From NCBI RefSeq assembly GCF_965229025.1, contig NZ_OZ245853.1, forward strand, positions 3,172,277 through 3,236,276: DNA of 64,000 nt, read 5' to 3'. The stretch's first letter is position 1; each line of letters begins with the position of its first letter. The position numbers and the translations under genes were made by a program. Below the pieces are notes generated by a model. That model saw nothing but the letters and a program-made list of their open reading frames with translations. It made no database searches and was not told the DNA's origin. Positions 29,011 through 38,610 of this stretch are shown piece after piece. Source of the DNA: Devosia sp. (GTDB lineage: Bacteria; Pseudomonadota; Alphaproteobacteria; Rhizobiales; Devosiaceae).

Positions 29011-29038
29011 TCGCTTTAGAGCCAGAGATGTTGGCAGC

Positions 29039-29067
29039 TATATAGCCGGAGACGGAGTCTGGTGCAA
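29039..29067 (-). promoter_or_regulatory. sigma70 promoter of the rimP-nusA-infB operon
   Basis: (C)TTGCAC-N17-TATATA. Confidence 0.65.
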
Positions 29068-29084
29068 GGGGAGCCTCAGACAGG

Positions 29085-30062
29085 CTATGCGGCAAGGCCA
29101 AGGCGCTGCTTCAGGCTTATAAGAGTGTAGCTCCCCGGTTTGGCTCCATTGGCGATCAACTCCTGGCCGAGCGCGACAAGCCCGTCGTTAAGCGGCGTTG
29201 CTACGCCATGCAGCCGCCCAAGCAGGACGATCTCCCCATTGAGATAGTCGGTCTCGATACTACCGGCCCCGCGGCGGAGGCTCTGCGTCGACGATCCGCC
29301 ATCCCGCACGGCACCTGCGACCTCGCCGGCACGCGACAGGTCGGCCTGCCGTCCCTCGCCACGGCTGATGACGAGCCAGTCGGTGATGCCCGCCGCCCGG
29401 TATGCGGCCTCTGCTTCGGCCCGGACCAGCGCAGCCACCTCGCCGCTGCGCATGGCCGGCCCCAGCGCCGCTTCGAGCACGTTGCCGATGTTTTCAAGTA
29501 ATTTGCCGTATTTGGAACGCATCACATCGTCCATCGTGGTGACGGCAAAATTGGCGGCGTCGAAGGCTTCGGCAATGGCATCGACGGTTCCGTCGGTTCC
29601 TTTGGGATAGCGGCCAATGTCGAGGAGGCCATGGCGCGGCTCGCCGTAGCAGATGACCTCCCCCGGCCTGGTGTATTCGCCAGGAACCATCACCGTCATG
29701 GCATAGACATTGGGGAAGAACCGCAGCGCCAGCCGCTCGTTGGCGACCCCGTTCTGGGCGCAGACGATTGCTTGCGTGGTCACGCCGGCCTCGCGCAAAG
29801 CCAAAAGCGCCGCGCCGCTATCCTGCGATTTCATCGCAAGCACGATGACGTCGTCCGGTCTGAACGCGATAGCGGACGGTGAGCCGTGGCAGGGGAAACT
29901 GACCTGCGAGTCGCCGGCCGGCGTCCGGAACCTCAGGCCATCCCGTTCGATCGCCTCCAGCATGGAACCGCGTGCTACTCCCAGAACCTCACGCCCGGCC
30001 TTTACCAAGGCGGCCGCAAACGTACCGCCGATAGCGCCGACGCCATAGATAATGAACCGCAT
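29085..30062 (-). CDS. ketopantoate reductase (PanE/ApbA) family oxidoreductase
   Basis: IYGVGAIGG, QNGVANE, KYGKL..N, SIETDYLNGEIV. Confidence 0.85.
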   Translation of the reverse strand: MRFIIYGVGAIGGTFAAALVKAGREVLGVARGSMLEAIERDGLRFRTPAGDSQVSFPCHGSPSAIAFRPDDVIVLAMKSQDSGAALLALREAGVTTQAIVCAQNGVANERLALRFFPNVYAMTVMVPGEYTRPGEVICYGEPRHGLLDIGRYPKGTDGTVDAIAEAFDAANFAVTTMDDVMRSKYGKLLENIGNVLEAALGPAMRSGEVAALVRAEAEAAYRAAGITDWLVISRGEGRQADLSRAGEVAGAVRDGGSSTQSLRRGAGSIETDYLNGEIVLLGRLHGVATPLNDGLVALGQELIANGAKPGSYTLISLKQRLGLAA

Positions 30063-30235
30063 GGCCTGTCTCCCTATTTGGGCGGCAGATTGGCCCAGTA
30101 GCGCCGGGTCCGGCAAGGCGCCCACTAAGGATTCGCTCCGGGGGCTCGGCCAAAGAGTACCGTTCGGGTTGTTTTCATCGGCATCTGCCGATACGTTGGG
30201 CTTCTTCCGACTACCCCAATCATGGACATTGAAAA

Positions 30236-31225
30236 ATGGAATATCGCCGCCTCGGCAAGGCTGGCCTGAAGGTCAGCGAATTTTCTTTTGGCGCCTGGGT
30301 CACGTTCGGCAAACAAGTCGGCGAAGACGATGCCGCTTCGATCATGGGCTATGCCTATGACAACGGCATCAACTTCTTCGACAACGCCGAGGGCTATGAA
30401 GCCGGCAATGCCGAAATCGTCATGGGCGAAGCGCTGAAGGCGCTGAAGTGGAGCCGCGACAGCTATGCGGTGTCCTCGAAAGTGTTCTGGGGCGGTTCCA
30501 AGCCGACTCAGAAGGGCCTTTCCGCCAAGCACATCACCGACGCCGCCCACGCGGCGCTGAAGCGCCTCCAGGTCGACTATCTCGATCTCTATTTCTGCCA
30601 CCGCCCGGACGTCGACACCCCGATCGAAGAGACAGTGCGCGCCATGCACAATCTCGTCACGCAGGGGAAGGTCCTCTACTGGGGCACGTCGGAATGGAGC
30701 GCGCAGCAGCTGACTGAGGCTTATGCCATCGCCCGCCAGGAGCACCTGACGCCCCCGACCATGGAGCAGCCCGAATACAACCTGTTCCGCCGCGAAAAGG
30801 TCGAAGCTGAGTTCTCGCCTCTCTATTCTCTGTTCGGCCTTGGCACCACGATCTGGTCGCCCCTCGCCTCGGGCATTCTCACCGGCAAGTATAATGACGG
30901 CGTCCCTGCCGACAGCCGCATGAACCTCCCCGGCTACGAATGGCTCAAGGCCCGCCTCGATAGCGAAAAGGGCAAGGACGAACTTGCCAAGGTCAAAAAG
31001 CTCGCGAAGCTCGCTGACGAGGTCGGCATGCCGATCCACTACCTCGCGCTGCTCTGGTGCAATGCCAACCCGAACGTCTCGACGGTTATCCTCGGCGCCT
31101 CCAAGCTCAGCCAGCTCAAGGACAACCTCAAGGCGCTCGACCACAAGTCGAAGATGACCCCTGAGGTACTCGCCAAGATCGAAGAGATCATGGGCAACAA
31201 GCCGGCCGCACCGCAGCGCTTCTGA
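30236..31225 (+). CDS. aldo/keto reductase (Kv-beta-like)
   Basis: FFDNAEGY, LKRLQVDYLDLYFCHRPD, EQPEYNL, WSPLASG. Confidence 0.93.
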   Translation: MEYRRLGKAGLKVSEFSFGAWVTFGKQVGEDDAASIMGYAYDNGINFFDNAEGYEAGNAEIVMGEALKALKWSRDSYAVSSKVFWGGSKPTQKGLSAKHITDAAHAALKRLQVDYLDLYFCHRPDVDTPIEETVRAMHNLVTQGKVLYWGTSEWSAQQLTEAYAIARQEHLTPPTMEQPEYNLFRREKVEAEFSPLYSLFGLGTTIWSPLASGILTGKYNDGVPADSRMNLPGYEWLKARLDSEKGKDELAKVKKLAKLADEVGMPIHYLALLWCNANPNVSTVILGASKLSQLKDNLKALDHKSKMTPEVLAKIEEIMGNKPAAPQRF

Positions 31226-31251
31226 CCGCTGCTGCATTCACGCGCTCGACG

Positions 31252-31285
31252 AAGGGTCCCCGGAAGCTCCGGGGGCCCTTTTTTT
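31252..31285 (+). terminator. intrinsic terminator
   Basis: AAGGGTCCCCGG-AAGCT-CCGGGGGCCCTT-TTTTT. Confidence 0.85.
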
Positions 31286-31765
31286 GTCTCTCGGGCGCTC
31301 AGCGGGTGCCCGGGAACAGCTCCAGCACAGCTTTTCAGCAGAAGTCTGTGACTTTTCGCCAGTCGAAAGCAGTTATTGCGCGTCCGATGGCGCAATCGGG
31401 ACCGTTTTTAAGGCCTTGGAAACCATAATTCGGGGCCTTTCCATTTTTTAATGCTGATCACAGCCGAGTGTTTTCGCTCCGTTGCAAGCGTCGACTGCAG
31501 CTCTCCCGTGTGACGCTTTCGTGTCGGTTTGCCCCCGAAGCGGGGTCTGGAATCGCCGTCAAAGCCCCGGCTGCCGTACCGTATCCAAAACGAAACCTAC
31601 CCCCTTTTGGGCTACCGACTGGCAGCAAGGCAACCAGCATCCCCCCGCGTAACCCTCTGCATTGATTATATCTTTTCAAGGGCTGGCCGCAAAAATTCAC
31701 CCCCTTGCGGATCGAACCGATCAGTACGATTTCCCTGTTGTCCAACCAACGAAAGGGACTTGGAA

Positions 31766-32113
31766 ATGAAGATCTCAGTTATCGCACTCGCCGCCGTTCT
31801 GCTTGCCGGCCTTGCTGCTCCGACGCTTGCCAATGACGATTCCTCGTTCGACGGCGCCTCGCTCGCAACCGCTCTGCAGCACAAGGGCATCAATGCCGTC
31901 GCCGTCTACGAGAACTCGGACAACATCGTCCGCGCCGTGATCCAGCAGGCCGATGGCACCGACAAGTTTGCCTATTTCTACCAGGACACGCTGCAGCCCG
32001 TGAAGTCCGGCACCGATGCCGCTCAGACGCGCGTTCTCAGCAAGGTCGACAACGGCATCCGTACCCAGCCCGTCGCTGACCAGTATCCCAACGCAGACTT
32101 CTTTTTCGACTGA
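31766..32113 (+). CDS. secreted hypothetical protein, copy 1 (possible PepSY-like fold)
   Basis: Signal peptide ending A-P-T-L-A, RBS GAAAGGGA, 115 aa, ends YPNADFFFD. Confidence 0.85.
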   Translation: MKISVIALAAVLLAGLAAPTLANDDSSFDGASLATALQHKGINAVAVYENSDNIVRAVIQQADGTDKFAYFYQDTLQPVKSGTDAAQTRVLSKVDNGIRTQPVADQYPNADFFFD

Positions 32114-32155
32114 ACCTGACTGACGTCCACTCTGTCCATGAAAGGGACCTCTAAA

Positions 32156-32506
32156 ATGAAACTCTCAGCTTTTGCTCTTGCCGCCGTTCTGCTCGCTGGC
32201 GTGGCCGCCCCGGCTCTCGCCTCCTCGGATGATCCGAAGTTCGACAGCAGCTTCCTGACCACTGCTCTGCAGCAGAAGGGCGTCAACGCCGTCGCCGTCT
32301 ACGAGAACTCGGACAACATCATTCGCGCCGTGATCCAGCAGGCTGATGGCAGCGAAAAGTTCGCCTACTTCTACCAGGACACGCTGCAGCCGGTGAAGTC
32401 CGGTGCTGACGCTGCCCAGACCCGCGTTCTCAGCAAGGTCGACAACGGCATCCGTCACCAGCCGGTCGTCGATCAGTACCCCAACGCCGACTACTTCTTC
32501 GACTGA
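32156..32506 (+). CDS. secreted hypothetical protein, copy 2
   Basis: Paralog of copy 1; RBS GAAAGGGA; 116 aa; ends YPNADYFFD. Confidence 0.85.
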   Translation: MKLSAFALAAVLLAGVAAPALASSDDPKFDSSFLTTALQQKGVNAVAVYENSDNIIRAVIQQADGSEKFAYFYQDTLQPVKSGADAAQTRVLSKVDNGIRHQPVVDQYPNADYFFD

Positions 32507-32547
32507 ACCTGACTGACTTCAACTCTGTCCATGAAAGGGACATCAAA

Positions 32548-32898
32548 ATGAAAATCTCAGCTTTTGCTCTCGCTGGCGTTCTGCTTGCAGGCCTCGCCGT
32601 TCCCGCTCTCGCATCTTCGGATGACCCGAAGTTCGACGGCAACTTCCTGACCACTGCTCTGCAGCACAAGGGCGTCAACGCTGTCGCCGTGTACGAGAAC
32701 TCGGACAATATCGTCCGCGCCGTGATCCAGCAGGCCGATGGCAGCCAGAAGTTCGCTTACTTCTACGAAGATACGCTGCAGCCGGTGAAGTCCGGTGCTG
32801 ACGCTGCCCAGACCCGCGTTCTCAGCAAGGTCGACAACGGCATCCGTCACCAGCCGGTCGTCGATCAGTACCCCAACGCCGACTACTTCTTCGACTAA
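32548..32898 (+). CDS. secreted hypothetical protein, copy 3
   Basis: Paralog; 116 aa; last 41 codons identical to copy 2 at DNA level. Confidence 0.85.
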   Translation: MKISAFALAGVLLAGLAVPALASSDDPKFDGNFLTTALQHKGVNAVAVYENSDNIVRAVIQQADGSQKFAYFYEDTLQPVKSGADAAQTRVLSKVDNGIRHQPVVDQYPNADYFFD

Positions 32899-33037
32899 GC
32901 CAAGCTCCGAACCGGCCGGGTCATCCCCGCCGGTCCGCTAAGAGGCCGAGCCATCCGGCTCGTCCTGTATGGATCGTGGCAGAGAGGCCAGGGCCCTAGT
33001 GGGTCCGACCTCTCCCCGATCAGGCGGGAGTGGCAGT

Positions 33038-33430
33038 TTACTGGCCGCTCGCGCGCAGCAGGACCACCGTCTGCTGCTCATCGAACTGGCGCCGCGCTTC
33101 GATAACACGCGCCCAGTTGCGATCTGCAAACGACTCAAGACCTTCCAGCAGCGTCAGCATTTCGCCGCCGATCTCGGTGAGCTCATAATCCACCCTTGGT
33201 GGAATTGTGGGGAAGCTGGTACGGGTGACGAACCCATCGCGTTCGAGGGCACGCAGAGTGGCGCTCAGCGCCTTCTGCGAGATCGTGCCGATATCGCGCT
33301 GCAATTCGGTGAACCGCATCGTCTCACCACCCAGATGCAGCACTACCGAGGCGGTCCACTTGCTGTTGCGATGCGAAAACAGCTCTTCAATGGCCGCATA
33401 GTTGGGCGGCGTGGCGCGCGCTTTTGGCAT
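33038..33430 (-). CDS. HxlR-family winged-helix regulator
   Basis: KW...V...L, RFTELQR, ISQKALSATLRALERDG, PPRVDYELT..G. Confidence 0.9.
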   Translation of the reverse strand: MPKARATPPNYAAIEELFSHRNSKWTASVVLHLGGETMRFTELQRDIGTISQKALSATLRALERDGFVTRTSFPTIPPRVDYELTEIGGEMLTLLEGLESFADRNWARVIEARRQFDEQQTVVLLRASGQ

Positions 33431-33578
33431 GTCAGTCTCCGAATGGCACCGGCAGGGGGAAGCGGGTGCAGATTCTGCTTTGTCCCGATGTGGGTCAGCC
33501 CTCCCGTTTTTCTAGAGGGCACGCACAATTTCAATAGGCTGTTGCCTAAACGTTCCATTAACTTGCAGTAGGGTTCGG

Positions 33579-34289
33579 TCAAACCCTTGTGAAGCTCATG
33601 TAAAAGCTGCGCAGCCGGCCCTCGACACGGGCCTTTTCTTCATAGCGCGTCGGCTCCCAGCCCTCGAAAGGCGTGTGCCAGCCGCCCGGCTGCTCCGGCG
33701 CAAAGCGGAAGGCCGGCGCGCGGAGAATGTGCGCCAGCGTCCAGTCGGCATAGTCCTCGATATCGGTTGCGACCTGAAACACCGCTCCCGGCTTCAGAAC
33801 TCGCGCCAACTCACCCAGCGTTACCGGCGAGATAAACCGGCGTTTGTGGTGACGGGTCTTCGGCCAGGGGTCGGGATAGAGCAGAAACGCACCATCGAGC
33901 GAACCGTCGGGGAGTTTCGCCAGCAGCTTCAGCGCGTCATCGGTAAAGAGCCGGATGTTTTCGAGCTCGTCCTCCTCGATCTGCTGCAGCAGCTTGGCGA
34001 TGCCGCCCGAAAACACCTCGCACCCGATATATCCGGTCGCGGGGTTCCGCCCCGCCTCGAGCGACAGGTGCTCACCGCCGCCATAGCCGATCTCGATGAC
34101 ATAGGCCGATTTGCCGACGAACAGCGCCGCCGGATCCAGTTGCCTGTCGCCAAGCTCGATCGCCAGTTCGGGCAAGAGGTCCTTGAACAGCCGGTCCTGG
34201 CCCTTGTGCAAACGCTTGCCTGAGCGGCGGCCAAAAAACGCGCGCTGCTCGCCGTCGATATTGAGCGGGTGGTGGGGTTTGTCGGTCAT
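33579..34289 (-). CDS. trmB: tRNA (guanine-N7)-methyltransferase
   Basis: EIGYGGGEH, YPDPWPKTRHHKRRFI, ATDIEDY, TRYEEKA. Confidence 0.95.
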   Translation of the reverse strand: MTDKPHHPLNIDGEQRAFFGRRSGKRLHKGQDRLFKDLLPELAIELGDRQLDPAALFVGKSAYVIEIGYGGGEHLSLEAGRNPATGYIGCEVFSGGIAKLLQQIEEDELENIRLFTDDALKLLAKLPDGSLDGAFLLYPDPWPKTRHHKRRFISPVTLGELARVLKPGAVFQVATDIEDYADWTLAHILRAPAFRFAPEQPGGWHTPFEGWEPTRYEEKARVEGRLRSFYMSFTRV

Positions 34290-34301
34290 CGGCACTCCGT
34301 T

Positions 34302-34413
34302 TTCCCTCTCCCCTTGAGGGAGAGGGTGGCGCGCAAGCGCCGGGTGAGCGGACGTATCTCACTGCCCCTCACCCCGCCCTTCGGGCACCCCTCTCCCTCA
34401 AGGGGAGAGGGAA
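34302..34413. repeat. composite palindrome with perfect 25-bp terminal inverted repeats
   Basis: TTCCCTCTCCCCTTGAGGGAGAGGG ... CCCTCTCCCTCAAGGGGAGAGGGAA. Confidence 0.9.
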
Positions 34414-34422
34414 CAAAAAAGA

Positions 34423-35688
34423 TCAGGCTGCAGCCTTCACCGCGGCTTTCAGCGCCGGGACCAGGTCGATCTTTTCCCAGCTGAACGAGCCATCGCGACC
34501 CGGCTTCCGGCCGAAGTGACCATAGGCTGAGGTCTTGGCGTAGATCGGCTTGTTGAGATCGAGGTGGGTGCGGATGCCGCGGGGCGAGAGGTCGAACACT
34601 TCGCCGAGGATGGTTTCGAGCTTGCCCTCGTCGACCTTGCCCGTGCCGTGCAAGTCGACATAGATCGACAGCGGCTTCGCCACGCCTATGGCATAACTGA
34701 GCTGGATGGTCGCGCGATCGGCGAGTCCTGCGGCGACAACATTCTTCGCCAGATAGCGCGCAGCGTACGCCGCCGAGCGGTCCACCTTGGTGGGATCCTT
34801 GCCCGAAAACGCGCCGCCACCATGCGGGGCCGCGCCGCCGTACGTATCCACAATGATCTTGCGCCCCGTGAGGCCCGCATCGCCGTCGGGGCCGCCCACC
34901 ACGAACTTACCGGTCGGGTTGACGTGCCAAACCGTGTCCTTGGTGATCCAGCCGTCGGGGAACGAGGCGCGGACATAGGGCTCGACAATCTTGCGCACAT
35001 CGTCCGACGAGAGCGACGCATCGACATGTTGGGTGGAGACAACGATCTGCGTCACGCCCACCGGCTTGCCGTTTTCGTAGCGGATCGTCACCTGGCTCTT
35101 GGCATCGGGCCCAAGCTTGATCGCAGCGCCCTCGCCGGCCTTCCGAGCGATGGTCAGCGCCTCGAGGATCTTGTGGGCGTAGTAAATCGGCGCGGGCAGC
35201 AGTTCGGGCGTTTCGCGCGTGGCATAGCCGAACATGATGCCCTGGTCGCCGGCGCCCACGTCCTTGTTGCCGCTTTCGTCGACACCGGCGGCGATATCGG
35301 CCGACTGGCCGTGCAGCAGCACATCGATCTTGGCGGTCTTCCAGTGAAAGCCCGACTGCTCGTAGCCTATGGCACGGATGGCCTTGCGAGCCGTTGACTT
35401 GAACTTGGCCGGATTGACCACCGGATGCCCGGCCGCATCGAGCAGAACCTTGCCGTCCTTGCCATGCTTCAGCAGCGTTTCGGGCACGCGCACTTCACCC
35501 GCGATCACCACGCGATTAGTGGTCGCCAGCGTTTCGCAGGCAATGCGGACCCGCGCCGGGTCCATGCCGGCCTTTTTGGCTTCCCGGAACACCAGATCGA
35601 CGATCTCGTCGGAGATCCGGTCGCAGACTTTGTCCGGATGCCCTTCAGAAACCGATTCCGATGTGAAGAGATAGGAAGACCGTGCCAC
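34423..35688 (-). CDS. metK: S-adenosylmethionine synthetase
   Basis: [48 protein letters not shown]. Confidence 0.98.
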   Translation of the reverse strand: MARSSYLFTSESVSEGHPDKVCDRISDEIVDLVFREAKKAGMDPARVRIACETLATTNRVVIAGEVRVPETLLKHGKDGKVLLDAAGHPVVNPAKFKSTARKAIRAIGYEQSGFHWKTAKIDVLLHGQSADIAAGVDESGNKDVGAGDQGIMFGYATRETPELLPAPIYYAHKILEALTIARKAGEGAAIKLGPDAKSQVTIRYENGKPVGVTQIVVSTQHVDASLSSDDVRKIVEPYVRASFPDGWITKDTVWHVNPTGKFVVGGPDGDAGLTGRKIIVDTYGGAAPHGGGAFSGKDPTKVDRSAAYAARYLAKNVVAAGLADRATIQLSYAIGVAKPLSIYVDLHGTGKVDEGKLETILGEVFDLSPRGIRTHLDLNKPIYAKTSAYGHFGRKPGRDGSFSWEKIDLVPALKAAVKAAA

Positions 35689-35776
35689 GGTGAAACCCCC
35701 AGAAATGGCCAAAAAAGGCGAGAAATCGCCCTGTTGACAGAATCTTTGCCACCGGGGAGGGGCAGGGTCAAGGCTT

Positions 35777-35796
35777 ATATAAAGAAAGCTTTATAT
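35777..35796. promoter_or_regulatory. 20-bp palindrome upstream of metK, SahR-type operator
   Basis: ATATAAAG-AAAG-CTTTATAT (perfect 8-bp arms), next to a minus-strand TTGACC -35 (35766-35771). Confidence 0.7.
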
Positions 35797-35818
35797 CCCA
35801 GCGGCGATGGTTGAGAAA

Positions 35819-37432
35819 TCATGCAACGTGCTTTGGCCGCCGCGACGAAATATATGCCAACAGCAGCCCCAACCCGACAGCAACCCAGAGCGGCAGGTCG
35901 CCAACGCGGTTGAAAATCGTGCCGCCCGGCACCGGTTCATCGGGGGTGACATCGAGCACTCCCTGCTCTCCGGCAGCCAGTTGCGCCGTGATGCGGCCAA
36001 GCGGATCGACCGCCAGCGTCATCCCGCTATTGGCGGCGCGCAGCATGGGCAACCCGGTTTCGACCGCGCGCATCGCTGCATGGTGGGCGTGCTGAGCCGG
36101 GCCGATCGAGCCATCGAACCAGGCGTCGTTGGTGACGTTGAGGATGTACTGGGCCTGTTTCGGATCGCCGATGTCACCCGGAAACACCGCCTCGTAGCAG
36201 ACCAGGGCAAGGAACGGCGGCGAGCCGGGAGGGCTCATCAGCCGCTTGCCGTCCCCTGGCGCCCAGCCGTTGGTGCCAGGCACGAATTGGTTGATGCCGA
36301 ACAGACGGAAGAAATCCTGAAACGGCAGGTACTCGCCGAATGGCACCAGATGCGATTTGTCGTAGCTCGCCACCACCTCGCCCTTGGTGTTTATGGCAAG
36401 GATCGAATTGTATCCGGGGTTGTCCGCGATCGGCAGGCCGTCCTCATCGAGTGCCTCGCGCGGCGCCCCTGTCAGCAACAAGGTCTTGTCGGGCAGCATG
36501 CGCGCAATCCGCGCGATGGCATCGGGGTAATTGTTGAGAAAGAACGGAAAGACCGATTCCGGCCACACCAACTGGGTGATGCCATCGAGGCCGGGATCGG
36601 ACAGGGTGAGCTTGCTCTGGGACAGTGTGATCAGCGTCGTCACGATGTCGTCGGGGTTGGCCGAGGCCCAGTCGGCATGGGCGAGGATCATCGGCTGCAC
36701 CATGCGCACCTTCATGTCTGTGCGCGGCGTGAGCACCGTCGATTGCAGCCGCCAGTTGCCCCAGCCGACCTGCCCCGCGATCACAGCGACCGCGAGAAAG
36801 AATGGCACCAGCCGGCGCACCAGACCGCGCTGGTCGGCTGGCCAGATCAGCGCCGGGGTGGCGGCGATCAGTGCCACCATAAAGGTCAGCCCATAGCTGC
36901 CGATCACTGAGGCGAGTTGCAGCATCTGGTCGTTGGCGGTGAGCGCATAACCCAAAAGATCGAACGGAAAGCCCGTGAACAGATGGCCACGCGCATATTC
37001 TGAAAGCGCAAGGAACGTTGCGAAGGTCAGGATCCGGAGCGCGCCGTGCGACCAGAAGATATGCGCCAGGGCGCTGCCCAGCCCCCAGAACAGTGCCAGC
37101 ACAGCGGCCAGGGCGACGATCGCCACGGGCATCAGCAGCAGGAACAGCCCGCCTTCCTGGAGAAATGCCGCTCCCAGCCAATGAAGCGCGACGGTGAAAT
37201 AGCCGAGTCCGAAGGCAAACCCGATGGTGAAGGCCGGCCCGACCAGCCGCCGCCAGCCAAGGCGCCGCTCGGCCCCATCAAGCGCCCACACCCAGATCGG
37301 CAGCGTCACAAAGAGCGCTGGCAGGAAGAAGAACGGCGCAATTGACGACGCGGCCACCGCTCCCGCCGCAACGAGGATCAAGAAGCGGCGCCAGCCATGG
37401 CTTAGCATCACGGTCTCGGCGAGCCAGGTCAT
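35819..37432 (-). CDS. lnt: apolipoprotein N-acyltransferase
   Basis: WPES, YDKSHLVPFGEY, VCYEAVF, NVTNDAWF, RAANSG. Confidence 0.96.
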   Translation of the reverse strand: MTWLAETVMLSHGWRRFLILVAAGAVAASSIAPFFFLPALFVTLPIWVWALDGAERRLGWRRLVGPAFTIGFAFGLGYFTVALHWLGAAFLQEGGLFLLLMPVAIVALAAVLALFWGLGSALAHIFWSHGALRILTFATFLALSEYARGHLFTGFPFDLLGYALTANDQMLQLASVIGSYGLTFMVALIAATPALIWPADQRGLVRRLVPFFLAVAVIAGQVGWGNWRLQSTVLTPRTDMKVRMVQPMILAHADWASANPDDIVTTLITLSQSKLTLSDPGLDGITQLVWPESVFPFFLNNYPDAIARIARMLPDKTLLLTGAPREALDEDGLPIADNPGYNSILAINTKGEVVASYDKSHLVPFGEYLPFQDFFRLFGINQFVPGTNGWAPGDGKRLMSPPGSPPFLALVCYEAVFPGDIGDPKQAQYILNVTNDAWFDGSIGPAQHAHHAAMRAVETGLPMLRAANSGMTLAVDPLGRITAQLAAGEQGVLDVTPDEPVPGGTIFNRVGDLPLWVAVGLGLLLAYISSRRPKHVA

Positions 37433-37560
37433 GAAGTGCTCGAATCAAGGGGCATGGGGCAACCTCGCGGGGCAACCGGGCGGGGTCAAGGCCGGATCAC
37501 CCGGGCTCGCATTTAACAGGCGGTTTGGGCAGAGTAGGCCCATAGAGATTGGAAATTACC

Positions 37561-38610
37561 ATGGCGCATCTTACGTCGCAGGACGCCGCCGAGACGGCCG
37601 GGTTCACACCGGGCCTTAGCCGGAAGCTCGCCGCTGGAGTGGAATCGGGCTTGCTGCCCTACCTCCACGCCGTGATCGTCAGCCGCGAGGGCGGCGTGGT
37701 GCTGGAGCAGTACTATTCCGGCGCGGACGAGGATTGGGGCATGCCCCTTGGTGAGGTCACCTTCGGCCCCGATGTGCTGCACGATCTGCGCAGTGTCACT
37801 AAAAGCATCGTCTGCCTGCTCTACGGCATCGCGCTTGACCGTGGGCTGGTGCCAGCGCTGGACAGTCCAATCGTGCTGCAGTTCCCCGAATATGCAGACC
37901 TTGCCGATGACGCAGACCGGCAGAAGATCAGCGTCGAACACGCCATGACGATGTCGATGGGGCTCGAGTGGGATGAGGACCTTCCCTACACAAATCCCGA
38001 AAACAGCGAAATCGCCATGGAGCGGGCCGCTGACCGCTACCGGTATATCCTCGAACGTCCGATCGTTGCTGCGCCGGGGACGCGTTGGATCTACTCAGGC
38101 GGCGCCGTCGCCCTGATCGGCGCGCTGATTGCCCGCGGCACTGGGATGCCGCTGCAGCGCTTTGCGGAAGAGGCGCTGTTTGGCCCGCTTGGCATTACGC
38201 ATTTCAGCTGGGCGCAAGGCGCGGACGGCGTTGCCTCGGCCGCCTCGGGCTTGCGCCTCAGCGCGCGGGATCTGCTGAAGATCGGCGAACTCCTTGTGGC
38301 AGGAGGACGTCTCGGCGAGCGCCAGATCGTTCCCGAGGCCTGGATCGAGGCGTCGTTCACCTCGGCCATCAATGCGGATGGGCTCGGCTATGGGCGCCTG
38401 TGGTTCATCGGCGAAACGCCGGTACCCGCCCTTGACGGGCCAGGTAGATGGGTCGCCGGCTTCGGCAATGGTGGCCAGCGCCTGTGGCTATGCCCGGCTG
38501 CCAACACTGCCGCGGTCGTTTTCGCCGGCCATTACAACAAGCCGGACGCGTGGGTCACCCCCACGCGCATCTGGCGCGAAATCGTCCTCGCCAACCTGCA
38601 GCGGCCCTAG
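37561..38610 (+). CDS. serine hydrolase, beta-lactamase class C family
   Basis: SVTK (SxxK), WIYSGG (Y-x-S), GFGNGGQ; opposite strand to the surrounding operon. Confidence 0.88.
   Translation: MAHLTSQDAAETAGFTPGLSRKLAAGVESGLLPYLHAVIVSREGGVVLEQYYSGADEDWGMPLGEVTFGPDVLHDLRSVTKSIVCLLYGIALDRGLVPALDSPIVLQFPEYADLADDADRQKISVEHAMTMSMGLEWDEDLPYTNPENSEIAMERAADRYRYILERPIVAAPGTRWIYSGGAVALIGALIARGTGMPLQRFAEEALFGPLGITHFSWAQGADGVASAASGLRLSARDLLKIGELLVAGGRLGERQIVPEAWIEASFTSAINADGLGYGRLWFIGETPVPALDGPGRWVAGFGNGGQRLWLCPAANTAAVVFAGHYNKPDAWVTPTRIWREIVLANLQRP

Noticed and set aside
31525-31580. Resemblance to a c-di-GMP-I (GEMM) riboswitch (CAAAGCCCCGG)
   Set aside because: The GGCAAACC part appears only in reverse orientation and the P1/P2 architecture cannot be built
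31712-31740. EcfG-type promoter before the triplicated genes
   Set aside because: CGAAC and GTT are 19 nt apart, versus about 17 expected, and the -35 element is mismatched
31766-32898. CRISPR-like or VNTR interpretation of the repeated DNA
   Set aside because: The repeats are whole ~390-bp coding units with open frames and signal peptides; there are no short repeats with unique spacers and no cas genes
33038-33430. HxlR regulator as controller of the triplicated genes
   Set aside because: It is convergent with them and I found no operator-like palindrome linking the two; proximity alone is not evidence
35689-35765. SAM riboswitch upstream of metK
   Set aside because: No SAM-II or SAM-SAH consensus recognisable in the short leader
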